This document shows, one piece after another, positions 20,112 through 27,068 of a stretch of DNA of 27,068 bases. Each line of letters opens with the position of its first letter. The first letter of the stretch is position 1. The DNA is taken from positions 1 to 27,068 of the forward strand of contig QNFK01000001.1 of assembly GCA_003645495.1 (NCBI GenBank), given 5' to 3'. The notes under the pieces are model-generated. The model was given only the letters and a program-made list of their open reading frames with translations, was not told the DNA's origin and searched no databases. Both the position numbers and the translations under genes were made by a program. Source of the DNA: Gammaproteobacteria bacterium (lineage in GTDB: Bacteria; Pseudomonadota; Gammaproteobacteria; Steroidobacterales; Woeseiaceae).

Positions 20112-20516
20112 TTACTCCGTATAGGACCACGTTTCATGTTGCGGCAGATCATCCGTGATTTCGTACCAGGGTGCCTTCGATCCAACGAAAATGTGAAAAG
20201 AGGGCCGACACTTTGGGTCACCGTTTATGGTACCCAACGCCAGGTAAAGCACGTCGGGCTCTGTATTGAGAATCGCCTGCAACGTTGAACCGCAGACACT
20301 GCAAAACGTTCTGTCCATCGAGGCCGACGATTGATAAACCTGAACGAGGTCGGACCCGGACAGCCAACGAAAATTTTCTCGTGGGACAGCACCATAGGTG
20401 CCGAATGCTGCGCCGTGTATTCGCTGGCACATAGAACAATGACAGTGGCTTACCTCGCCAATATCGCCTTCAACCGCATATTGAATCCTGCCGCAGAGAC
20501 ATTTTCCCTCGATCAT
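20112..20516 (-). CDS. GFA/CENP-V family Zn-binding protein (glutathione-dependent formaldehyde-activating enzyme family), 134 aa
   Basis: GKCLCG, HCHCSMCQR, RTFCSVCGS, HIFVGSKAPW, with an AGGAGG RBS. Confidence 0.9.
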   Translation of the reverse strand: MIEGKCLCGRIQYAVEGDIGEVSHCHCSMCQRIHGAAFGTYGAVPRENFRWLSGSDLVQVYQSSASMDRTFCSVCGSTLQAILNTEPDVLYLALGTINGDPKCRPSFHIFVGSKAPWYEITDDLPQHETWSYTE

Positions 20517-20527
20517 CTGTGTTGTAC

Positions 20528-20541
20528 CTCCTGTTCATCGT
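20528..20541. repeat. 14-bp direct repeat, copy 2 (CTCCTGTTCATCGT), overlapping the GFA ribosome-binding site
   Basis: Identical to 20050-20063. Flanks are also similar (ttattccctgc vs atcttcctgc). Confidence 0.7.
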
Positions 20542-20604
20542 ATCTTCCTGCGCCCGCATGCTGATCGGGCACCCCTTAATTGCAAAGTCCTCTACGGCCT
20601 CTAC

Positions 20605-20653
20605 GGGGTCGGACCAGCACAAGCCGCTAATTTCATTAGGATTTGGCAAGAAA
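20605..20653 (+). repeat. Repeat copy A (GGGGTCGGACCAGCACAAGCCGCTAATTTCATTAGGATTTGGCAAGAAA)
   Basis: 40/44 identical to 24387-24430 (direct). The first 18 nt are 17/18 inverted to 24614-24631. Confidence 0.85.
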
Positions 20654-20800
20654 ACGCCCAGCCAGTACCGGGATGACGTCCGTGCGCACGGCACGTAAGC
20701 TCTTGCTGTCGTCGATTTCTGACTGTGCATTGGCGTTCACTGCCGTACACAACACGCCCAAAATCAGCAATGCTTTTAATTTGCGTCTGCGCAAAAACAT
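20636..20800 (-). pseudogene. Truncated 5' remnant of a secreted protein (MFLRRRKLKALLILGVLCTAVNANA-QSEIDDSKSLRAVRTDVIPVLAGRFLAKS*), possibly CBM9/DUF5916-like
   Basis: 54-codon ORF below the ORF-track cutoff, with a clear Sec signal (basic n-region, h-region, A-N-A site). RAVRTDVIPVL.G resembles the start of CBM9-like domains (recollection, not searched). The frame stops inside repeat A. Confidence 0.6.
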
Positions 20801-21009
20801 GACCCTTGCTCAGACTGTGCGTAGCGTATCGCTAATTTGCGTAAAACTCTCGCAAATAAATGCTGTTGACGAGATTTCCTTCGACGTCGGAAACGCATAT
20901 AGATTTTCGTTACGCAGAGAATGACAGGCGAAAGAGCTGGCTACTGCGGTACACGAAAAATAGTCTATTCTTTCACTATGCATCATCCGGATTCAAAAAA
21001 CGGTTATTG

Positions 21010-22224
21010 ATGAAAGCAAACAGACGCCATTTTCTTGCGGGGCTGGGTACCCTCGCGCCGTTCAGTTATTTCAGGTCGACTGCAACAGCCGCGACCGAAG
21101 CAACGCAGTCGGCTACGCCCGACTATTTTTCTGAATTGCATGTTCGACCATTCATTAATGCAGTCGGGCCGTATTCATCACTTGGCGGTGCTGTTATGTG
21201 GCCCGAAGTCGTTGATGCGATGGATTATGCGATCAGGAACAAGGCGCGCATGTCAGAATTGCATGACGCTGTTGGCAGGCGCATAGCTGAACTAATGCAA
21301 GCCGAAGCCGCGATGGTTACGTCTGGCGCCACCAGCGCCATCATTCTGGGCACCGCCGCCTGCATGACCATGGGTGACGAGGAAAAAATGGAGCGACTGC
21401 CGGACGCATCCGGTATGCCGGCGGAAGTTATTATTCTGCAGAGCCAGCGTTACTTGTACGATCGTTCGATCAGGGCACCCGGTGCTACGCTGGTCGAAGT
21501 AGAAACGGCTGAAGACATTCGCGCTGCCATCAATCCGAGAACAGCGATGATGTTCTACCTGCAGAATCGCCCGGAGAACCTCAGGCTCGAAGCAGGGGAA
21601 TATATAGCACTGGCCAGGGAAAGTAATATTCCTATTATGTGTGATGCTGCAACGACCGTACCGCCGGTTACGAACATCGCCAATACTGTCAGCCTTGGTT
21701 TTGATCTGATCTGTTACTCCGGTGGCAAGGGTTTGCGTGGGCCGTACAGTGCCGGACTTCTGCTAGGCCGGAAAGACCTGATTCGCTACGCACGGCAAAA
21801 CAGCTCCCCCAATCATCGCGCTTACGGCAGAAGCATGAAAGTGTCTGCTGAGGAGTATCTCGGCATGTTGGTTGCAGTTGAGACCAGCCTGAAATTTGAT
21901 GAGCAGTCTGAATATCAACGTCAACTGGAGATCGTCAGCGAAATGGGTAGTGAGCTGTCATTGCTGCCAGGGATTACGACGCAATCGCATGTGCCCGGAG
22001 CCGAAGCGCGTGAACCGTTCATTAGCGTTCACTGGGATACGTCGCAATACAAAATTACAGTGGCAGAGATGAAGCAGGCGCTGCGAGATGGAGAACCGAC
22101 GATCGAAATCAGAGCATTGTTTTTGTCGGATGGCCGTCTTGACCTGACTGCGGCGATGCTCAGCAAGGACGAAGCGAAGATTGTGACCGCAAAAGTGAAG
22201 GAGATACTGTTAATGAGCGCCTGA
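21010..22224 (+). CDS. SelA-like (DgaE/SelA-related) PLP-dependent enzyme with a twin-arginine signal, paralog 1 (404 aa)
   Basis: MKANRRHFLAGLG Tat motif, FINAVGPYSSLGGA, AAMVTSGATSAI, SGGKGLRGPYSAGLLLGR (PLP Lys). Start placed at ATG 21010. Confidence 0.85.
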   Translation: MKANRRHFLAGLGTLAPFSYFRSTATAATEATQSATPDYFSELHVRPFINAVGPYSSLGGAVMWPEVVDAMDYAIRNKARMSELHDAVGRRIAELMQAEAAMVTSGATSAIILGTAACMTMGDEEKMERLPDASGMPAEVIILQSQRYLYDRSIRAPGATLVEVETAEDIRAAINPRTAMMFYLQNRPENLRLEAGEYIALARESNIPIMCDAATTVPPVTNIANTVSLGFDLICYSGGKGLRGPYSAGLLLGRKDLIRYARQNSSPNHRAYGRSMKVSAEEYLGMLVAVETSLKFDEQSEYQRQLEIVSEMGSELSLLPGITTQSHVPGAEAREPFISVHWDTSQYKITVAEMKQALRDGEPTIEIRALFLSDGRLDLTAAMLSKDEAKIVTAKVKEILLMSA

Positions 22225-22252
22225 CATTGTGGCGTAATTCAACATCAAGACC

Positions 22253-23473
22253 ATGGCAAGAAGACGCACATTTCTGAAAAGTCTGGCCGGCATACTTCCG
22301 CTGAGTTTCCTCGGTAGCGTCGATGTTCGCGCTGAGAAATCTACGGCAATCCTTAGTGCATCGGGCAGAGATTATTTCAAAGAACTGGGCGTGAAGCCGA
22401 TTATCAACGCCGCAGGCGCTTACTCTGCACTGGGTGGTGCCAGAATGCGCGCTGAAGTTGTTGATGCGATGCGCTATGCGGTAACCCGAAAAGTAAAAAT
22501 GGCGCAATTACACACGGCGGTTGGCGAACGTATATCTGCTTTGGTTGGTAGTGAGGCGGCGATGGTTACTTCTGGTGCAACCGCGTCTATTGTGCTTGGC
22601 ACGGCTGCGTGCATGACGCTGGATGACGAAGACAAAATGCGCCAGTTGCCGGATACGAGCGGCATGAAAAATGAAGTAGTGATTCAGAAAAAGCATCGTT
22701 ATACCTATGACAGGGCGCTCACCGTGCCAGGGGCCAGCCTGGTTGAGGTGGAAACCGAACAGGATGTTCGTCGTGTAACAAGTAACAAGACGGCAATGAT
22801 GTTCTTCCTGAAGCCCACACGAAATGGCGACGATATTCCCGCCGATCGCTATATCGCGCTGGCGAGAGAACTTGGTATTCCCTGTTTTTGCGATGCGGCG
22901 ACAACGACGCCACCCGCGAGCAACGTAATTGATGGAGTCGGTGAGGGTTTCGATTTGATTTGTTATTCCGGCGGCAAGGGATTACGCGGACCGTACAGCG
23001 CCGGACTGTTGCTGGGTCGAAAGGACCTGATTCGCTTCGCCAGGCGGCATAGCGCACCGAACGACCTCTCGATCGGGCGCGGCATGAAGGTTTCTGCTGA
23101 AGAGTATCTCGGCATGCTGGTCGCGGTCGAGACCGGCCTTAGCATTGGCGATGAGGCCGACTTCTCCTACAAACATGAGCGATTTGCAAACATAGTCGAG
23201 CAACTCGCAGATGTGCCGAGCGTCAGCACCCGGGTCTTCGTCTCGGAAGGACACGCCAATGAACTCTACCTGGACATTGACTGGGATGGCGAAGTTGTTA
23301 AGTTGGGCCGCCAGGCACTGGTTGACGCGCTGCGCGAACATACACCGGCGGTTGAAATTCGATTGTTCTTTTTTTCTGCAGGCAGGATTCAGCTTTCAGC
23401 TACCGTTATGGAAGATGGGCAGGACATAATTGTCGGACAGATCATCAGGGACATTCTGCTTGCCCATACTTAG
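22253..23473 (+). CDS. SelA-like PLP-dependent enzyme with a twin-arginine signal, paralog 2 (406 aa)
   Basis: MARRRTFLKSLAG Tat motif, IINAAGAYSALGGA, SGGKGLRGPYSAGLLLGR, MKVSAEEYLGMLVAVET. Confidence 0.87.
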   Translation: MARRRTFLKSLAGILPLSFLGSVDVRAEKSTAILSASGRDYFKELGVKPIINAAGAYSALGGARMRAEVVDAMRYAVTRKVKMAQLHTAVGERISALVGSEAAMVTSGATASIVLGTAACMTLDDEDKMRQLPDTSGMKNEVVIQKKHRYTYDRALTVPGASLVEVETEQDVRRVTSNKTAMMFFLKPTRNGDDIPADRYIALARELGIPCFCDAATTTPPASNVIDGVGEGFDLICYSGGKGLRGPYSAGLLLGRKDLIRFARRHSAPNDLSIGRGMKVSAEEYLGMLVAVETGLSIGDEADFSYKHERFANIVEQLADVPSVSTRVFVSEGHANELYLDIDWDGEVVKLGRQALVDALREHTPAVEIRLFFFSAGRIQLSATVMEDGQDIIVGQIIRDILLAHT

Positions 23474-23561
23474 GCTGACCATTCTGATTCAGAAGAAACG
23501 CATTCAGGCTTTGCCGGCCTGACCGATAATTCGCTACAGATATCTGCTGCGGGAGGAATGC

Positions 23562-24347
23562 ATGGCAATGCTGGATAAGTCGGAAATAACCAAAGGCAGG
23601 CTGCAATATCATTTGCGGTTGAAGCCTGGTGATGTTGGAAAATATGTGCTTCTGCCGGGTGATCCGGACCGCGTTCTTCGCATTGCCAGGCAGTTGGATG
23701 ATGCGAAGGAAGTCGTGTTTCATCGCGAATATCGCACCGTTACCGGAACGTACAGAGGTATTCCCGTCAGCGCTACTTCTACTGGTATAGGCTGCCCCTC
23801 TGCGGCAATTGCCGTCGAGGAGCTCGCCAATGTCGGCGCGACTCATTTCATCCGGGTCGGTAGTACTGGTGGGTTGCAGCCGGACGTGAAAATAGGCGAT
23901 GTCGTGATCAACACGGCGTCGATGAGAAACGATGGCACGTCGTCTTTCTACGTCAAGGCGGGCTTTCCGGCCGTCGCGGATCACTTTTTAACTAACGCGC
24001 TGATAGAATCAGCAATCGAGTTGCGAGGGGAGAGGGATTTTGGGTTGCACGTCGGCATCAGCGCCAGTGACGACGCGTTCTATGGGGAGACGCCGGAACA
24101 TATCCAGATGCTCTCCGAGCACAAGCTCGTCAATGTCGAAATGGAGGCGTCCGCAATTTTCACGATTGCACACATGAGAGGCCTGAAAGCGGCGATGATC
24201 TGTGGTGTATCAGGAAATCTCGTGACGGCGGATGTCGTCTACGAGGACGAGAACAAGCCGCTGATAAGATCCTGGGAAGACGCCATCGCTATTTCACTGG
24301 ACGCAATTTATCGGTACGAACAGGGATCGCTCGAATCCCGGTTATGA
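23562..24347 (+). CDS. Nucleoside phosphorylase, NP-I (uridine/purine phosphorylase) family (261 aa)
   Basis: YHL, LLPGDPDRV, HREY, STGIGCPSAAIAVEEL, IRVGSTG, NVEMEAS, with a GGAGG RBS. Confidence 0.92.
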   Translation: MAMLDKSEITKGRLQYHLRLKPGDVGKYVLLPGDPDRVLRIARQLDDAKEVVFHREYRTVTGTYRGIPVSATSTGIGCPSAAIAVEELANVGATHFIRVGSTGGLQPDVKIGDVVINTASMRNDGTSSFYVKAGFPAVADHFLTNALIESAIELRGERDFGLHVGISASDDAFYGETPEHIQMLSEHKLVNVEMEASAIFTIAHMRGLKAAMICGVSGNLVTADVVYEDENKPLIRSWEDAIAISLDAIYRYEQGSLESRL

Positions 24348-24386
24348 GAGAGTCGCGGGGATAGTGGCTCAGACTGTCTGCGGAGC

Positions 24387-24430
24387 CGGACCAGCGCAAG
24401 CCGCTAATTCCAGTAGAATTTGGCAAGAAA
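24387..24430 (+). repeat. Repeat copy B (CGGACCAGCGCAAGCCGCTAATTCCAGTAGAATTTGGCAAGAAA)
   Basis: Direct repeat of 20610-20653 with 4 mismatches, offset 3,777 bp. Confidence 0.85.
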
Positions 24431-24600
24431 TTATTTCTTTTCTCGCCCTTAAATCGGCCATTTCACTATCGAAATAGACGATTAACGATTCATTCTCCCA
24501 AGAGTTGCTAGTTGATCTGCGACTTCACTAATTGCGCTTATTGATAGCGAAAACTGTTGTTTAAGAGCGTAAATGACCAAATCGCAAGAGCAATTTATAT

Positions 24601-24631
24601 CAAATCCAGTGAGTTGCGCTGGTCCGACCCC
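24601..24631 (-). repeat. Repeat copy C, inverted and internally shortened (GGGGTCGGACCAGCGCAACTCACTGGATTTG)
   Basis: The reverse complement shares GGGGTCGGACCAGC.CAA and GGATTTG with copy A, and has a 13-bp perfect inverted match to the start of copy B. Confidence 0.8.
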
Positions 24632-24655
24632 GGTAGCATAATTTCAATAACTTAC

Positions 24656-24670
24656 TGGGGTCCGACCCCA
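24656..24670. repeat. Palindrome TGGGGTC-C-GACCCCA, the full core of the same repeat family
   Basis: Perfect 7-bp arms around one central base, 20 bp before the icd fragment. Confidence 0.75.
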
Positions 24671-24689
24671 ATATCCGGCCAATATCCCT

Positions 24690-24763
24690 CGGATGATGAA
24701 TTGACGGAAAAAGCAATGCGGCCAAGCGAAACGCTCAACGCAATCATCGACTCAATCAACTAG
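24690..24763 (+). pseudogene. Displaced, diverged copy of the icd 3' end ([23 protein letters not shown])
   Basis: 61/71 nt identical to 6450-6520, ungapped. Of 10 differences, 8 are synonymous and 2 are Ala>Glu. It has its own TAG stop. Confidence 0.9.
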
Positions 24764-24776
24764 CTCGAGCCGCCCG

Positions 24777-26663
24777 CTACTCGTAACGTAACCCGAACCC
24801 CAGTTCGAACAACGGGTCTTTGCTGTCAGCCGGCGTATCTGTGAGCTGTTCACGCACCGCATTCATCGACGATGGCAATTCAAATGGCAGACTGCCTTCC
24901 GGTTTTGCCACACCGAAAAGAACATCAGCTACAGCACCATCACTGGCGCCGAAATCCGCGATTAGCGCAGTAGCACCCGCTGCGATTTCAGGAATAACTG
25001 CCGGTCGGTCCAGGTAAATAACAACGATAGTTGGGATCGCCTGCAGCAGGTCAAGGATTTCCCTTTTTCGCGATCCTTTGAAGTCGAGATCACCGTGATG
25101 AAACCCGCGTGCGAACGGATTGTCTGTCTCAACTGGATACCATGGCGTGTCGATACGAATAATCGCAACATCGGCATCTTCCGGGGAATCGGCAACCGCT
25201 GCGTACCCGGAGACTGCTGTCGCATCCAGGCCATCCAGATAAACGGTTAACGTGTTCTTTCTCAACGGCAAAGCAGGAGCCGCTTCGAAGTCGACATTCT
25301 TCAGCAGCGTCATCGCGCGCATCTGACTTTCCCGACCAAGCCGCACCGCTTCTTCGCTGCCTACTTTCTGCGCTACCTGCGACACATCGACAAGCGGTTT
25401 ATCGAACAGGCCCAGCGCGAACTTTTGCCGCAGGATGCGACGCGCAGACACATCAATTCGTTGCTCTGCTACCTGCCCGGATTCGACCAGCTCAACAACG
25501 AGATTCGCCGCTGTTTCACCACCGAACTGATCAACGCCGGCATCGAGCGCTTTCCTCACTCGCTGCGCTCTGCTGAGGTGCTCCACACCCCATGCCCTGG
25601 CATGCCATGTCACTCCGTCGCCGACCGTAATGTCAGTGAGTACGCCCCAATCCGTACAAACAACGCCGTCATAATTATATTTATCGCGCAGCAAACCGGT
25701 GATGATCTGTTTGTTGAAGGCCATCGCGACGTTTTCATCAGTTTGGTCCGTTGCGATACCGTAATACGGCATGATCGCGGCTGTGCCGGCATCGATAGCC
25801 GCTTCGAACGGGATCATGTGGTAGTCGAATTTTCCGCCCGGATAAATCTGACCCCGCTGAAATTCGAAATGCGGATCAAGCCCGTCTTTTTGCGGGCCGC
25901 CTCCCGGAAAGTGCTTGGTCATCGTGGCCACGCTGGTGCCTGACAATTCCGCGCCCTGCAGCCCGCGTATATAGGCGCTGGCAATGTTGGCACTTAGCTC
26001 GGCATCAGCGCCAAAGCCGCCGTTAATGCGTGGCCAGCGCGGCTCGGTGGCCAGGTCGACCTGTGGGTGCAACGCGAGACGAAAACCGACAGCGGTGTAT
26101 TCTTCCCTGACAATGCCGGCGAACTTTTGCACGAGGTCCAGATCACCTATCGCAGCCAGGCCAAGTGTTTCCGGAAACTGACTGAAGCCACGCGCATCGA
26201 ATGCAAAAATATTGGTGCTGAAGTGGTGGCGTGGATCTGTTGCGATCGTCACCGGAATTCCGAGACGTGTATTGTCAGCAACATACGTCTGCAGGTTGTT
26301 ATGCCACTGCGCGAACACGGTCGCGTCGTCAGGAATATCCCAGATATTAAAATGATTCATGTTGCGCAGATCAACTGCACCAATCGCAGAATGCCGTTGC
26401 GGCCCTGAGCCTGGAATGTACTCAAGCGATCCATCATCGTTAACAATGGCGCGATTGATAAACATCAGGCCGGCCTTTTCAGCAACCGTCATTTGCCGGA
26501 GAAGATCATCAATTCTGGCTTCGAGTGGCTGTGCCGAATCCTCGTAAATATCGAGATGGCCGTTCTTGTTAAGGTCACGAAAATCTTTATTAACAGAAGA
26601 TGCGTTGCAAGCGCTGATCGCCAGCATTGCGAACAAGCCAATAGTTTTCGAGCCGATAATCAA
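24777..26663 (-). CDS. Glycoside hydrolase family 3 (beta-glucosidase-like), predicted lipoprotein (~628 aa)
   Basis: RLGIPV…DPRH, PQVDLATEPRWPR, KHFPG, GVVCTDW (nucleophile Asp), PEGSLPFELP. The TTG start at 26663 overlaps the upstream TGA and gives a signal peptide with lipobox ISA-C. Confidence 0.92.
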   Translation of the reverse strand: MIIGSKTIGLFAMLAISACNASSVNKDFRDLNKNGHLDIYEDSAQPLEARIDDLLRQMTVAEKAGLMFINRAIVNDDGSLEYIPGSGPQRHSAIGAVDLRNMNHFNIWDIPDDATVFAQWHNNLQTYVADNTRLGIPVTIATDPRHHFSTNIFAFDARGFSQFPETLGLAAIGDLDLVQKFAGIVREEYTAVGFRLALHPQVDLATEPRWPRINGGFGADAELSANIASAYIRGLQGAELSGTSVATMTKHFPGGGPQKDGLDPHFEFQRGQIYPGGKFDYHMIPFEAAIDAGTAAIMPYYGIATDQTDENVAMAFNKQIITGLLRDKYNYDGVVCTDWGVLTDITVGDGVTWHARAWGVEHLSRAQRVRKALDAGVDQFGGETAANLVVELVESGQVAEQRIDVSARRILRQKFALGLFDKPLVDVSQVAQKVGSEEAVRLGRESQMRAMTLLKNVDFEAAPALPLRKNTLTVYLDGLDATAVSGYAAVADSPEDADVAIIRIDTPWYPVETDNPFARGFHHGDLDFKGSRKREILDLLQAIPTIVVIYLDRPAVIPEIAAGATALIADFGASDGAVADVLFGVAKPEGSLPFELPSSMNAVREQLTDTPADSKDPLFELGFGLRYE

Positions 26664-27068
26664 TGCGTCATTGAGTACAAAACATAGTTGATGCCATAAC
26701 GATACGCCAGTGCCGTGTATTCTTCGGGGTACCACGCTTCGTCCGCCAGCTCCCATGCATCTCCGAGGTCTACGTTGAAATTAATGATCACCATCAGGCG
26801 GCCCTCGTCATCGTAAATGCCGCGCCACGTTGGTTTGTAGCCATCATGTTCCCAGGTCACACCATAACGCAGTGCCATGATGCCCGGAATCGGCTTTGAC
26901 TGATCAACATCGAAGTGCATATTCATGACACCGCTTTGTCCGTCAACGTCCACGATCGGTCGATCCGGAAATACTCTTTGCATCGAGCGCATGAAGCCGG
27001 CCCATTGTACCGAGCCATGAAAATCATCAACGACCAGGAATCCGCCGCGCAATAAATACTCATGCAAA
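26660..27068 (-). CDS. DUF4159 family protein, partial (5' end outside the window)
   Basis: YLLRGGFLVVDDF, RGIYDDEGRLMVIINFNVDLGDAWE, GINYVLYSMTH. Confidence 0.85.
   Translation of the reverse strand, partial: LHEYLLRGGFLVVDDFHGSVQWAGFMRSMQRVFPDRPIVDVDGQSGVMNMHFDVDQSKPIPGIMALRYGVTWEHDGYKPTWRGIYDDEGRLMVIINFNVDLGDAWELADEAWYPEEYTALAYRYGINYVLYSMTH

Noticed and set aside
20517-21009. Cobalamin, SAM or glycine riboswitch ahead of the methyl cluster
   Set aside because: No recognisable B12-box or other aptamer core by eye. An Infernal/Rfam scan would be decisive.
20860-21009. The 50-aa N-terminal extension of the first SelA-like ORF, and similar extensions at 16081, 18457 and 26756
   Set aside because: They bury signal peptides or overlap neighbouring genes; downstream starts fit better.
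21010-23473. True selenocysteine synthase (selA) assignment
   Set aside because: Tat signals, tandem duplication and the absence of selB, selD and tRNA-Sec argue against it.
6530-24689. Integrase, transposase, relaxase or phage genes that could explain the icd-bounded block
   Set aside because: None of the ORFs carries recombinase or transposase motifs, so the region is not annotated as a mobile element.
24557-24763. 68-aa ORF as a real gene
   Set aside because: Only its last ~23 codons are meaningful (the icd remnant); the rest crosses repeat sequence.

Overview
This is a bacterial chromosomal window with Gammaproteobacteria-like gene content (inference). In order, it holds: a REP-like/hairpin cluster; a translationally coupled pseudopilin plus membrane HAMP-GAF-GGDEF-EAL pair; a tRNA(CAT), probably Ile2, whose 3' end is duplicated 130 bp downstream; monomeric isocitrate dehydrogenase (icd); trhP/yegQ; and a ~12.4 kb minus-strand corrinoid methyl-transfer cluster. 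That cluster has four non-pyrrolysine MttB-family methyltransferases, a corrinoid protein, a pterin-binding methyl-THF methyltransferase, an ASKHA/[2Fe-2S] activator, MTHFR, DUF1638, a PF13769 protein and GFA. After it come a 4 kb block (two Tat-signal SelA-like PLP enzymes and a nucleoside phosphorylase) bounded by GGGGTCGGACC repeats, a GH3 lipoprotein and a partial DUF4159 gene. Three signals stand out. (1) A diverged, synonymously biased second copy of the last ~71 bp of icd lies 18,240 bp downstream, bracketing an integrase-free 18 kb block. (2) The six enzymes expected to dock the corrinoid protein all carry Arg-rich terminal tails, while the corrinoid protein has a strongly acidic N-terminus, which suggests an electrostatic docking code. 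(3) A GGGGTC(G/C)GACC repeat family marks the junctions, and one copy truncates a secreted-protein gene. Family assignments come from motif recognition only; no database searches were run.
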